64,000 nucleotides of DNA from Vicugna vicugna (taxonomy: Eukaryota), in assembly GCA_013265495.1 (NCBI GenBank), contig MU058241.1, forward strand, positions 869,249-933,248, in the 5' to 3' direction. This document shows positions 13,465 through 25,587 of the stretch, piece by piece (position 1 is the stretch's first letter; every line of letters begins with the position of its first letter). A program made the translations under genes and the position numbers. The notes beneath the pieces were generated by a model that made no database searches, was not told the origin of the DNA, and saw only the letters and a program-made list of their open reading frames with translations.

Positions 13465-14480
13465 TTTATTCACTAGGATGCGTTCGTTTGTTTTCTCTGA
13501 AGACCTATTTATTGAGCACCTATTATGTAAGGTATTATGCTGGAGAATATAGGTACAGCAGAGAAAAAAGAGACTTTCACCGGGAAGCAGGCAATAAACA
13601 AACCATGAGCCAATTCATTTTTACTGCTAAGTTTGGCCAATGCTGTCAAGAATTCAATCATGCTGTGGGGGTTGGCGACAGCCGTGCTGAGGAGGTGCGG
13701 TGTGAGTCTCAGGGAAGGTTAAGGGCTCAGCAGGTGCTTAAACCAGATGACAAAACACTTATCCCAGAACTGAGGTGATGCTCACGTGGGACGCAGAAGG
13801 CTCCCTGGAGCAAAGAATCCGGGCACAGGTGAGGTATGCTTCTCAAAGGGAAGGATAATGCAAAGTGGTCCAAGAGAGCCAGATGAGCAGCAGGGTCCTG
13901 AGAGCCTGGCAGGAGGTGAGGGATGGTCGAGTTCACCCCAGGAACAGTGGAAGGTCACTGAGGAGTTCTCAGTGGAGGAGTCACAGGACGAACTCTTGTG
14001 TTTTAAAAAGACCTCTCTGGCAAGTGGAGAGTGTAGTGAGGACTGGAGGAGATCCGGGGGGGAGACCAGTGAGGAGGGCCCTGACGTAGTCTGGGTGAGG
14101 CAAGATGGGAGCCTTGCCAAAGCGATGGCAGAGGACACTGAACGGAATGAAGAGGGTAGATAAAAAATTCACATGATGGAACAACTGGCTGCACATTCAG
14201 TAGATGAGGGGAGGGACAGAGGAGCCCAGAAAGCCTCCCCCCCAAAGGCTGTTTTGGGTGACATTCAGTGTCGTGTGCAGTAAGAAGCACATTGTCTGGG
14301 GAAGAGAGTAAGTTTCGCTTTGGGAAACGCTGAGTTTGAGGTCCCCTTGAAATTCACCTTAGACGCAGCTGGATGTGTGGAGTTTAAAGGAGAGTCTGAG
14401 ATTTAGATATTTGGGACTATTTGGGACTGAAAGATGTCTGCTTGTTGATTCACCACGGGTAAGGGAGCCTGCGATTAAGC
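13465..14480 (-). mobile_element. L2 LINE fragment
   Basis: Antisense L2 motifs: tatttattgagcacctattatgt, ggaaggtcactgaggagttct, ttttaaaaagacctctctggc, ggagaccagtgaggagg..gtagtctgggtgaggcaagatgg. Confidence 0.8.
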
Positions 14481-14629
14481 CTTGAGGGGGTCACTATTTA
14501 AATGTCATAATAGGTCCTCAGTAAACAGTTGCTGAATGTTTGATTGGCTTTCTCAGAATTGAAAATCCATTCTTGGTAAATTTAACATGGATTCTTTTCT
14601 CATCAAGTTTTTGGGTGAGAATAGGATTT

Positions 14630-15083
14630 GGAGACGTCCAAACAGCAGCCCCCAAAGATATCCTGTCCTCATCCTCGGGACTTCTAAATGGTACAACGTA
14701 TGACAAAAACTCTGCAGACATGACTAAGGATCTTGAGGTGCGGAGATCATCCTGGATTATCCAGATGGGCCGGAAAGTCAACCACAAATGTCCTTATATG
14801 GGGGCAGAGAGGATGTGAGACACACACAGTGGGGAGAAGACAACGTGATGCCAGAGTAACGGAGGGACAGGGCCACATGCCAGCCAACACCAGCAGCCAC
14901 AGGGACCTGGAAGAGGCACCAGAGAGCCTCCAGAAGGAGTGCAGCCTTGCAGACTCCTTGGTTTCAGCCCAGGGTTGCTCAATTTGAACTCGAGATCTTG
15001 GAACCGGGAGAGATTTAATGTGTCTAGTTTTAGGCCAGCAAGTTTGTGACTATTTGTTACAGCAGCCACCGGAAACTGATACA
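14630..15083 (+). mobile_element. MLT1D-like MaLR solo LTR
   Basis: Contains gcccccaaagatatcctgtcctcatcc, aaggatcttgaggtgcggagatcatcctggattatccagatgggcc and agagcctccagaaggagtgcagcc; ends ggaaactgataca. Confidence 0.9.
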
Positions 15084-15140
15084 ACGCCAGTAAACATACA
15101 ATGAATATCTTAACGCCAGTAAACGTACAATGAATATCTT
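15083..15140. repeat. 29-bp tandem duplication (2 copies, 1 mismatch)
   Basis: aacgccagtaaac(a/g)tacaatgaatatctt at 15083-15111 and 15112-15140. Confidence 0.95.
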
Positions 15141-15654
15141 GTGTGTGCTAGAGGGACTTCAAACATACCAATTCATTCTTGACTTTGCTAAACAGAAACA
15201 TACAAACATAAGGCTGTTTGTAACCTCTATCTGAGTATCGACGGGCATTAGGAGTGATGGAGAGACACGGTTAGGTGAGGACAAGTGGCCTTAGTGCTCT
15301 TGGCAGCAGGCAGTGGCAGCCTGCCACAGGCACTGGCGTCAGAAGGGATGGGACCATCCTTGGACAGCTCCGGGGCTCTTTGGGGAGGTACCAGTCACAG
15401 AGGAAGAACTTGCAGCATTTTCAACATTAGGAAACCTCACCACAGCTACCTGGAGTAGCATGATCAAAGTGGTGGAAATGCTGTGAAAGCCAGCAGGATT
15501 CGTTTACCAAACAGACAGGAACACTTTGCTTAGGATTACCAGAACCACTGAGAGGAACGAGATTTCCTACAGAGTGGGAAGGAAAAGAACCAGAGAAACT
15601 GGGTTTTATAACTGTGATTGGGTTCGTACATTTGTTTCCAGGTTGTTTTGTCCT

Positions 15655-15970
15655 TGTATCAGTTATCTATTGCCAGGATGCATCTGTGTAACAAACAATC
15701 ACAACCCCCCCCCCCGGCACACAATAGTGAGTGTTTATACTTACGAGGTAGATGTAAGCAGCAGTCAGCTAGGCGGTCCTGTTGCTATCACTGGGCTCAT
15801 TCACACCTAGGGGTTAGCTGGTTGGCTGGCCTTCGTTGAGGCAACAGAGGAGAGAGGTCCAGCCCAAGCATGCAAGCACTTCCCAAGCTCTTGGCATCAA
15901 ATCTGGTAACATCCCATCAGTGAAAGCAAGTCACACGGGCGAGACCAGAGTCCCAGGTTAAATGGTAGAA
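15655..15970 (-). mobile_element. Old MLT1 (H/J-like) LTR remnant
   Basis: Motifs tgtatcagttatctattgc..tgtgtaacaaac and aacatcccatcagtgaaagcaagtcacacgggcgagaccagagtc. Confidence 0.6.
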
Positions 15971-16639
15971 GAGCAACACATAGTTACAAGATAAAGACCA
16001 GGATGGGGGAAGGGTGAGGAACTGGGGATAATGATACAAGCTAATATTCGTGGCTTAAATATTAAATCACTGCACAGCATCACTCTCCTTCAATTTAATA
16101 CGCTGGTCTTTCATTTATGGCCACTTTTCTGTTTCACAAAAGAGCTACTTTTTAAACTTTTGTTTTTAATCTCAACTTTCCCTCTTTCTGACACTGAATT
16201 TCCTAAGTTCACCAGAGAAACAGGGATGTATCATTGGTATCTCTGGTTCTGCCATTAAATCTTCCTATATCCGCCGAGAAGCCACCAAGCCCTTCTGAGC
16301 CAATTCACGCTCCATCTTTCACCGCAGAAACCTCCCTGAGGGAAGTCTGAGACTTCCGTGAGCTCAGAGCCACAGGGAACTGCTCTGAAGGTACTTTCCC
16401 CCTTTTTTTTACTCATGGAAATAGCTCATTAATGTTCTCCTTTCTAAGCTCTTCCTGGAGGTTTTCCACATTGCTTAAAAGAAACCAAGTTCTGGTTTCT
16501 CAGGGCTCACTGCTCCTTTCCCCACCTCTTTGCTCCTCAACACAACTGCCTTACTCAGACCTCTGCCCCAGCACACGTGCTCAGTATTTTCCAAACACCC
16601 CATCTGGGCTGGGTACTCGGCTGAGTGCTGAGTCCACAT

Positions 16640-16828
16640 GCTGCCACCAGATCATGTTCAAGACGCCAAGTTAAATTTGAAGCTCAGAGAAAACAAGTAT
16701 TTAGAAAATACATGCATGATTGCGATATCGCATGGGATACACTGCTACTGAAATCCAATCACATCACTGTTTCTCTGACCTTCAGATTTCAGAGTTCTGT
16801 GCTTTTATTTGCTAAACCTGGCAATGCT
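16640..16828. mobile_element. MER53-like hAT MITE
   Basis: Motifs caagttaaatttgaagctcagagaaaacaa and ttttatttgctaaacctggcaatgct; loosely palindromic layout. Confidence 0.7.
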
Positions 16829-18387
16829 CGATCTGGAACAAGAAGCAGACAGAATCACTGCCTTCCCAGACTTCACCGTCTAGTAGACAAGACAGGAACA
16901 TAACAAGGTAATTACGAGACTTCTTTTTTCTCAAGTAAAAGGAAGCCGAAGGAAAACACGTAGGGTCTTGGTATTTGGGGCTCTTTAACGGGAGCCCACA
17001 TCCTTTGTGGGTGTTTCAGTAAAGACTTCCTCCTATCTCTTAATACACAGTTTCACACTGTGTCACACTGTAACTGCTTTTGCTGGAACTGAGCATGGGG
17101 TTACTGCAACTTTTGCTGTACCTGGGTCCCTGGCCTGTGACAAGGAAGCTGGTTTTTTGCACACAGTTATGAACAAAACAGAGCCTCAGACAGCACCACC
17201 GAAGTGCGTGACACAACCACACAGACCTGCCAGCTGAGCCCACCTTCACTATGTGGACTCGCTTGGGGTGCCTGCCATACGGTGGGTAACGGTAGCGCCT
17301 TTGTAAAGAGATGCAGAACCTGTCAGGCTGCTTCTAAGAGGCAGTTACTGTCCGCAGCCTGCCTGGCTCCCATGTGTACACACACGCACGCACGCACGCA
17401 CGCATGTGCAAATGCCTCCCCATACAGTTACTCATCCAAGCAACACAGAAGGAAGAGCTGGACTGAGAAGTTCACAAAAGTTGACCCTGAAATGACTGAA
17501 ATCACAAAAACCAGTTGCAGGCTTGGCGCAAGCGAAGCAGGGACCCTCCCCTCTCGAGCTGGCAGACGGTGTGAAAATGCAATGTTCGTTCCCTGGGTGG
17601 CGGGGAGCCTGGGTTCTAGATTCCTAAGGAGCTCCCCGGGGATATGGATCTGAGGGTCCAGGGACCACCCTTGGAGCAGCAACGCCCTAATCCGGGGGTT
17701 TTGCCAAGACATTTCCACACTGCCCTTCTACACTAGTGAAGAGAAAGTGTTAATGACTCTTCATGGGGAGTAGCCTGACCCCATGTCAAGAGAAATCATG
17801 TTAAGTGTTATTAGGGCGCTGGATGGTCTGACCTGGCTCTCGGTTTAACTCACTGACTTGTGCAATCCTCTGCCTTGCTTTCCAATGGCTGAGTCTGTGC
17901 GGGCAGCAGGCAAGCCCTCCGTCCTGCGTCAGGACCAAGTCTGCAGCTCAGAAAGACGGCCCCACCTTTGGTTAGGACTTTTATTTAGTGCCCTTTGGGG
18001 TGGTGTGTGCCAGGCGTGGGGCTGGCAGGGATCAGCAGATGTCAAGTTAAGCAGAGGAGACCAGATGGCAAGCCAGCAATAGTACCAACGCGACACACCC
18101 TGTGACGCAAGGACGACTTGAGTTTGGGGACAGAGAAGGCTTCCCCAAGCAGGAGACCTGTGCTATGAGAAGACAAATGGCACGGAAACGCAGACTTTTA
18201 GAACTGAACAGGAGAGCATCTCTGAGGCGACTCATTTCCCCAGTGATGCACCTGGGTTCAGGTAAGTCAAGGACCTTCCCCGGAATCTGGAGGACCAGTA
18301 GCTGACTTCCTGTTGACAAAGCAGGGCCCCTTCTCTGACCTGACATGAAGCCATGGGAAACACCATCTTTAAAAGCCTTTAGCTGGA

Positions 18388-18530
18388 GGGGAGGGTATAG
18401 CTCAAGAAGTAGAGCGTATGCTTAGCATGCACGAGGTTCTGGGTTCAATCCCCAGCATCTCCTCCAAATATGAATAAATAATAAACCAAATTACCTCCCG
18501 CTAATAAAAACAAAAAACACAAAAAAGCAA
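18388..18530 (+). mobile_element. tRNA-derived camelid SINE (Vic-1 type)
   Basis: ggggagggtatagctcaag..gtagagcgtatgcttagcatgcacgaggttctgggttcaatccccag carries A and B boxes, followed by taaataataaaccaaattacctccc and an A-rich tail. Confidence 0.9.
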
Positions 18531-20689
18531 AACGGCATCTGGCTGGAGTGTGACCCTCATTAAACTGCCCTGGCTGGTACTTTTATCACCAAGACTCGTG
18601 ATTCAGCTCGGTGTCTGGCTTATGTTATGCTCCCAGTACACGGGATTAATTACAGAACTCATTCCTACGATAAAAGACTCCTTTATTTCCAGTGCCTCCT
18701 CTTTTCTCTCGGTGAAACTGAAGTGATTTTGGACCTTGGAGTCCACCAACATCTTTAGTATCTCCCCAAGTCGGAGGCTGAGCCATCGAAGGCACAAATA
18801 AACAAACAACAGCCTGGATCACCCGGGGGATGGTTCTGGTTCACACAGAAATAAACTGTGATTTAGCAGCCTTGTCTGACCTTGTGGGAGCGGGCTGCAG
18901 CGCTGGGATGTGCCGGGGCAGGATGGCGCTCGTGGGACGAATCAGGGATGAGAACCCACAAGCTTTCTGCCCCGTCAGTGCAGCACCGACGCCCCCTTTG
19001 GAAAGCTCGGAATTCCCTCACGAGCGTCCACACTGAGGGAGGACTCAGACAAGTGAAAAACGCTGCTATTCTTCCCCGCACATCACAAAGTCTGCTGGAG
19101 GATCTGGCAGAGAGGCAAATCATGCGTGGAGAGGCTGGTTACAATGCAGAATTACGGCTCTCAAGATTTTCAGTTGTTTAAATGCCAAGGATAGTCTTAA
19201 AAGAACTTCAAGAACGTGATCGCATGCATTTAGACGAGTATAGTATCAAATTTGATAACATGTCAAAGGCTGAAGAATTCTGGAGGATGGACTGGATGGG
19301 TTTGAGAAACTGGAACATAACCGTATCCCACGGGTAACATATTCTTAATTCCCTGGGGACCCTAATTTGTGGTGGATTTCAGCATTACAAGGTTTTAACT
19401 ATTGCGGCAAACAAGAGCATGTCCAATCAGAGTAACCATTATTTATGCACAGGAAAATAAGAGATAAGAATGAATCTTCTGCCTTCCTGGAAATTTTGCA
19501 TATAAAGTGTGTGTGTCTATGTATATATTTTTTTGAAGACAAACTACCTCTCTGTTAAACAAACACAGCTTAGTGTGTCCAGATTTTGAATGAACAATTA
19601 TTTCTTCCCAGTTTGGTAAATCGCAGGAAAATCACTAATTTCTGTGCCTGACATTTAGAAGGTTTACAAAAAATTTTAGTTCTCTTGTCTTGGACTATAC
19701 AGAGGCATGAATCCATAGTGTATACCTTTACAGGTAGAAGGAAACTGGAAAAATAGTTCAACTTTCACTTAAAAGATAAGACGTAACAGAAAAAAACCTT
19801 TTGAACAGATACATTTGTGGTGCTCAAATGCTTTAAGAATATGTACCTAAAGGAATGCAGATAAAGGAAAATTAAAATATAATTGGTGAGTGAGTGGGTC
19901 TCAGCAGATAATTACCTGAAGGAATTGAAGCTGGTCTCCTTTCCCTGGGCCCCTCCATCACATCAACACCTGGGCTTGCCCTGGCTTGAAATAAAATGCA
20001 TAAGGTGACTCTGGCTGATGCCCTTGCACGTGCCCATACACAGGCTGCCAGCCTCTAGCTGGAATGCTGTCCCTCTAACTCTGAGCGTGGCTCCCTTCTT
20101 CTTACCCTTCAACTGCTGGCTTATATCCATTCTGTACCTCTGTATCTGTTTAAATAACTATTTAAATAACCCTTGAGCCACCAGCACAAGGAGAGCAGAC
20201 AGAATGCGTCCCCGTATCACTGAGGTAGACCCTGCCTGGCTAATAGGAGGCACTTGCCACAAGTCAGCTGCGTAAGGGGATGGACTCCTTCCCACTTTAT
20301 TTACCTCTTTAAGGTCCACCGAATAGAATCAACCTATGTATTCAATCTGAGGAAGGGAACGGACTGAGTTACTCTCAGAAACCACACCCCCTGGGCAGGA
20401 TCCAGCCCCAGGTGCTGGGGGCAGCTCAGGCCAGCCAGGCAGACATCACCGCACGATCCCCTGATGCTGCAGGGGTCGAACCAGAGCCTGCGTTGGGACC
20501 AACACTTGTCAGGCGACCAAAGAAGGCATCCCCAGCCCCGGGGCTGTGTGTGCTTGGAGAGGTGGTGAGGGAAGGCAGGGTGGCAGGTTTTCACAGGATA
20601 GAGCCCCGGAAAGGTCTGTGCTTGCTTTTTTTCCCTCTAATTTAGGTTTTTGCTTAGATTTTTTTCTTTTAATTAAAATGTTTATAAAA

Positions 20690-20800
20690 TTATTTTATTG
20701 AGGTCCAGTTGATTTATAGTGTTGTGTTAGTTCCTGGTGTCCAGCACACAGGGAACTATATTCAATAGCCTGCAATAACCCATAATGAAAAAGAACATAC
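20690..20800 (-). mobile_element. Tiny L1 3' end with internal inversion
   Basis: Antisense L1 terminus ttttattgaggtccagttgatttatagtgttgtgttagttcctggtgtccagca is fused directly to sense L1 3' UTR cacagggaactatattcaatagcctgcaataacccataatgaaaaagaa. Confidence 0.8.
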
Positions 20801-21574
20801 ACGTGCTTTCTAATTAGCCAGAGAGGCTGCTCAGAACTATCTCCGGATCTGTGTCGGGATTCAGGAGCCTACTCCAGTGATGGGTGTGGCCCAGGTACAG
20901 GGCCAGAGGATCAGCTCAACACGGGATGATATGCTTGAGAGATGGGCACAGGGTGGAACAGCGGTCGACGGACAAGGGAAGTCTGTGGTCAGAGTGACCT
21001 GGCAACAATCGCTCAGGCACAGGGCAGAGCCTAAATTCGACGTGGGGTGGGATGGAAGCTTCTCATCATCTGAACGAGAAATCCCTAAAGCACGCAACCA
21101 AGCAGCACATGTATGAGTTGGAAGAAGCCAGGTGGGTAGAGGTGGTCAGTGCTGGGCAAGATACGCGAGAAGTTAAACGAGGAGGCGGCAGACACAACCA
21201 CTCAAGGTGATTTGTCCGCAGGCAGCTATTAATGACCAACAATGTGATCGGGGACGCTGTGGGGTATTTAATTTATTAAAAAAATCTTTTCAATAAAAAA
21301 AGTTTCCTCGGGCAAACTATGGACACATATCAGTGACTGCTAGCTTCTGGGGTCCTGTGTGGTTTTTTTAAAATGAAGACGTCCCATCACTAATCTATTA
21401 GGCATGCTGAGACATCAGTGACATTTTCAGCTGGGATATTTGTTTATACAGAGAGTTCCCAACACTCTTGCCTGACCTGTAAATACTGAAAGAACAACAC
21501 AGCTTGGAAATCGTACTTCACGCTCATCTTCTTGGCACGTTAGGGGGAGACAGGGAGTCACAACTGCGAGCTCC

Positions 21575-22150
21575 ACTCATTTATTCATTTGTTAATTAAT
21601 TTACTGCACAAGTAATTATGTATCACACTCTATATTCACGAAGTCCTGTAAGGATACACTGAGGTCTGTGAATACAGGCTGTGATATACTTGGAACACAC
21701 ACACACATGCACTCAGAGTTCTCTGTCCTGTTCTTCGTACTGTTAGATGCAAGGTTAACAAAAAAGACACAAGCCCTGTCTTTAAGAAGCCTTCATGGAA
21801 ATATACCGAGGTTGATGGCAGGATGCGCTGCAGGGAGGGAGACCGAGCCGTGCAGGGACAGGAGGGACACAGGACCCAGTCTGGGGGGGTCAGGGAAAGC
21901 CCTTGGCCCAAGGCCACCCTGATGATGGGCTTTGAAAGCACAAAGGAATGAGGCAGAGGAGGGGACAGTGTTCCAGGCAGTGGAAGAGCACACATGAGGG
22001 TCTGCAGACATTCAGTGGCAGAAGGGAAAAACCTTGCGTGGTTTGGTGTTTCTGGGAGCAGGAATGAGGCTGGACCGCACCGGCTGACAAGGGACTCAGA
22101 ACTTCTCCCAGAGGCCGGGGTGACCTTTCGAGAAGGGAGTGGAGTTTGGA
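21575..22150 (-). mobile_element. L2 LINE fragment
   Basis: Starts cactcatttattcatttgtt; contains aaaagacacaagccctgtc, gtcagggaaagccct, gacagtgttccaggcagtggaagagcaca. Confidence 0.6.
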
Positions 22151-22768
22151 GGAGAGAGAGCACACGGGAAAGGCTGATCTGGGGCTGCCTCTGTGTTCAG
22201 TTTACCCAGCTTCCCGGCGCTGTCTGCTCCTGACATGGGCTCTTGCTATGTTATCTTTCAGTAGAACGCTGAGAAAGGAAAGAAAGCTAAAACATGGTCC
22301 TGCCAGCCTCTACATCCCTGTGAAGGACTAGTGGGGGAAGAACAGAATCAGTCTGCGTTTTACAAAGTCCCCTCGACTGCAGGACGGAGGACAGACTGGC
22401 AAGCTGCCAGGAACACATACGTTTGTTTCTGAGCCGGGATGAGAACGAACACAGGCTTGGATGGAGGAAGGATGGGGTGACTGGGAGGACAGAAGGAGGC
22501 AGCGGTGCTGGGCGGAGATGCTGGGGGGCGTGGGCACGGAGGGAGAAGGGCACCACACTGGTGGGCTGTGGGGACTGAGTGAGGAGGGTCCCTTCCCTGC
22601 ATCTCTAATTCTTCCTGCCATGTCCATGAGGCATAGGACAGAGAAACCCTCTGCATGGTGGTCCAAGCTGGAAAAGCTCGTATACTAAACTATGGATCCG
22701 ACCATCAGCAGGACGGAGAATTCATGGGGTAAATGTTTCCCTCTGGGTAAAAGCGATGACATCCTTCC

Positions 22769-22831
22769 CCTCAAATGATTCCAATCTATGCTTGTCATCC
22801 TCAAATGATTCCAATCTATGCTTGTCATCCT
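22769..22831. repeat. Perfect 30-bp tandem duplication
   Basis: tcaaatgattccaatctatgcttgtcatcc at 22771-22800 and 22801-22830, with cct microhomology at the edges. Confidence 0.97.
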
Positions 22832-24017
22832 AGAGTAATTAATAAAATGCCCCAAATGGGGATGGTTAAAAATACACACATAGTGCACACACGTGTGTAC
22901 GTATGTATCCACCCCAAATATCCCTAATACAAATTGCTCCAATGTCGCTATGCTTAGGGATCTAAATGCACCCCCACACTTTTTCTCTTAACACTAGCCA
23001 ACTGCAAAAGTCAGGTTTGTAACATGTATCGTGTGGAGTGACGTGCTCCCCTCTTGCAGGGTTTTTTGCATGTTTCTCCGAGAACCGCAGGGAGTAGAGA
23101 TTTCCTTCCTCCCTGGGCTCAGGGAGAGGTCGATATAAAATACAGAGACATGCAGGGAGAAAACCACGATGATGTTCGTGGCTTGGCTAAAATCTCAGAC
23201 GTCTTTTGGGGCACACATGCATTCATTTCACAAGCGTCAGCTGAGGTACAAAAATGAAGCGGGAATGGCTGCTGCCGTAGTCTGATGTAATGCTGATCTT
23301 TACAAAGACCATCGTTCTCAGATGTGCAGTCCCTGCTCTGAGCGAGAGTGGGTGTCTATAGTACAGAAGGGCCCCAGGGGCGCGTGCTCTGGCAGGGAAT
23401 GGGAGCAGCGAGGAGACGCCTACGTGCAGGGGTGGGGCTCCCAGCACACGGCCCTGCCGGGCTCACGACAGGCAGGTAACAGAGGCCTCTGGGGTCTGAA
23501 CAGAGGGGTGTGGCGGGACAGCATGTAGTGGGCAGGGGGCAGGGATAGAGGGAGAAGAGGAAGGAAAGGTGGAAACAAACCCAAAATGAAGGCAACTTTG
23601 GGAAGCGCCTGCGAGGTGGGCTCCACACCTGAGAGGCAACTTGGTGAGGAGCTACAGAGGTGTTTCTGAGCTTCCTCGAGGCTCCAGGGATGGCAGGTGA
23701 GTGACACACACTGCGTGTGGACACAGACATCATCTGTCCCAAGAAGAGGATGGAATCTGAGTATAAAAATAAGCCAACGGAAGGACAGAAGCAGAAGCAT
23801 CTCCCATAAGAATGTAGGAGCATCCTGAACCTGGCCAAGTGAATATGCTTTCTGACCCTCAGGGGCTGCCTCTAATACAAACAAAAACACAAACTCAAGC
23901 CAACAGACGAAAACCAGTGCATCCTACCAACGAACGACACACAGGTCTGCCAGGTGACGGCAACATCTCCCCAGGCCACAGCCTTCTCATTCTGCCGGGG
24001 GTCTGCTTTGCTGGGTG

Positions 24018-24433
24018 CAGTGCTGGGTTGAATAGCATACCCCGCAGCTCACGTCCACCCAGCACCTCACAATGTGGCCTGATTTGGAAAGAGTGTCTTT
24101 GCAGATATAACAGGATCAAATGAGTTTGTACTGAATTCAGGTGGACCCTCACCCCAATGACCCATCTCTTTTATAAGACGAGGAGAGATCAGACACGCAC
24201 GCGCAGGGGAGGAGGAGGAGTGAGGATGGAGCAGAGACAACAGTGATGTGACAACACACAAGCTGGAGAAGGGTAGGGAGCACTCTTCCCTGGAGCCTTC
24301 AGAGGACGCCTGGCCGCACTGACACCTCTACTTGGGACATGTGGCCTCTGGAACACACAGAGAATGCGTTCCTGTTGTTCCAAGCCGCCCGCCTAGTGGT
24401 GCTTTGTCATGGCAGCCCCAGGGAACTAGTGTA
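24018..24433 (+). mobile_element. MLT1B/C-like MaLR solo LTR
   Basis: Contains gggttgaatagcatacccc..cccagcacctcacaatgtggcctgatttggaaagagtgtctttgcagat; ends tcatggcagccccagggaactagtgta. Confidence 0.85.
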
Positions 24434-25140
24434 TCTATTCGTAGAACAACTGTTAAGTGCCGTCTCCCTTAAGCAGACTTTCTTTAAATAGTTTGCCCCC
24501 AGCACTGGAGAGCAGGTGGACGGAGAACACTAACACACACGGAGTGCTGACTCTGCCCCGGGCTCTTGGCTGGGGGACGACAAACGTCAGCGCCAAGAAT
24601 TCCCAAAAACAACTCCGCAGGGCCTTCATGTTATCCCCACAGCCCACAGGAGAAGGCCGATGGCCACAGGGCCAAGGTCCTTTCTCACCTGCACACAGGC
24701 CAGATTGTAACCGCAGCTTTCAAAAATTCCTAACCATGTAGACTTCTCACCAGCACAATGTGTCCCAGTCATCTGGACGTTGTGGACTGCCTAAAAAGTT
24801 CTGGATTTGGATTACTGTCAGGTCTGCAGAAAGCAGGCTTTGCTTCCGAATACAGCACGGACTCAGTGGCCCCTGTTTACTCTATCCCCCCACTAAATCC
24901 AGGAGGCAAGGGGCTCCCAGGCAGAGCTAACTGAAGGGAATCGAACAGAAAAGGCCTCGAAATGGGAGCCAGTCAACATCTTGATGGCGCGTGGACGTGG
25001 CGTTTAAGGAAGGAAGAGCTTTACATACCACGTGTGCCAGGGAACAAGGGACCAGGACAGGCGGCCAGGAAGTCTGGGCCCTATGCTTCCGACTTTAACC
25101 ATTCCCATTACACACATCAGAATGGAACCCTCGCTGTCTC

Positions 25141-25587
25141 TGTCTTAGCTTCCAGGGCCGCCGTAACAAAGTACCACAAACTGGGTGCCTTAGAACAATA
25201 GGGACTTTTTTTTTTTTTAATCCTCTCATAGCCTGGAGGCCAGAGGTCTGAAAGAAAGGTGCTGGCAATACCACGCTCCCTCTGAAGGACCCAGGGGAGG
25301 CCCCTCCCTTGCTTCTTCTAATGCCTGTGGTTGCCAGCAATCCTCGACATTCTCGGCTTTGTAAATGCATCATGGTTGCCACACGGTATCCTGCGTGGGT
25401 CGGCATGTCTCTGCCCATGCTCACCTTTTTTTATAAGGATACCAGTGATGGCATCAGGTCCGCTTTAAGCCAGTGTGACCTTATCATAACCTGACTGCAT
25501 CAGTAAAGAGCTTCTCTCCAAATAAGACAGCACTCATAGGTCCAGACGCACGCGCATTTTAGCCTGGTATTATTCAATCCAGCACAA
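25141..25587 (-). mobile_element. MLT1C/D-like MaLR solo LTR
   Basis: Starts tgtcttagcttccagggccgccgtaacaaagtaccacaaactgggtgccttagaacaa; contains ttttataaggataccagtgat. Confidence 0.85.

Noticed and set aside
13392..14290. Cluster of overlapping ORFs up to 128 aa
   Set aside because: They lie in an L2 remnant, with no recognisable domain or splice structure.
11644..15187. Two minus-strand micro-exon candidates (15169-15187, 19 nt; 11644-11669, 26 nt) that would join as KVKNELLKEPKLVN
   Set aside because: The second donor (gtattt) is weak, the phase does not match the 102-nt exon, and such short AG..GT pairs are frequent by chance.
18388..18460. tRNA-Ala-like gene
   Set aside because: It has A and B boxes but no intact acceptor stem, and it continues into a SINE body and A-rich tail, so it is a SINE head.
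21636..23890. ORFs of 150-175 aa on the minus strand
   Set aside because: Chance ORFs in GC-richer, partly L2-derived DNA with no recognisable protein similarity.
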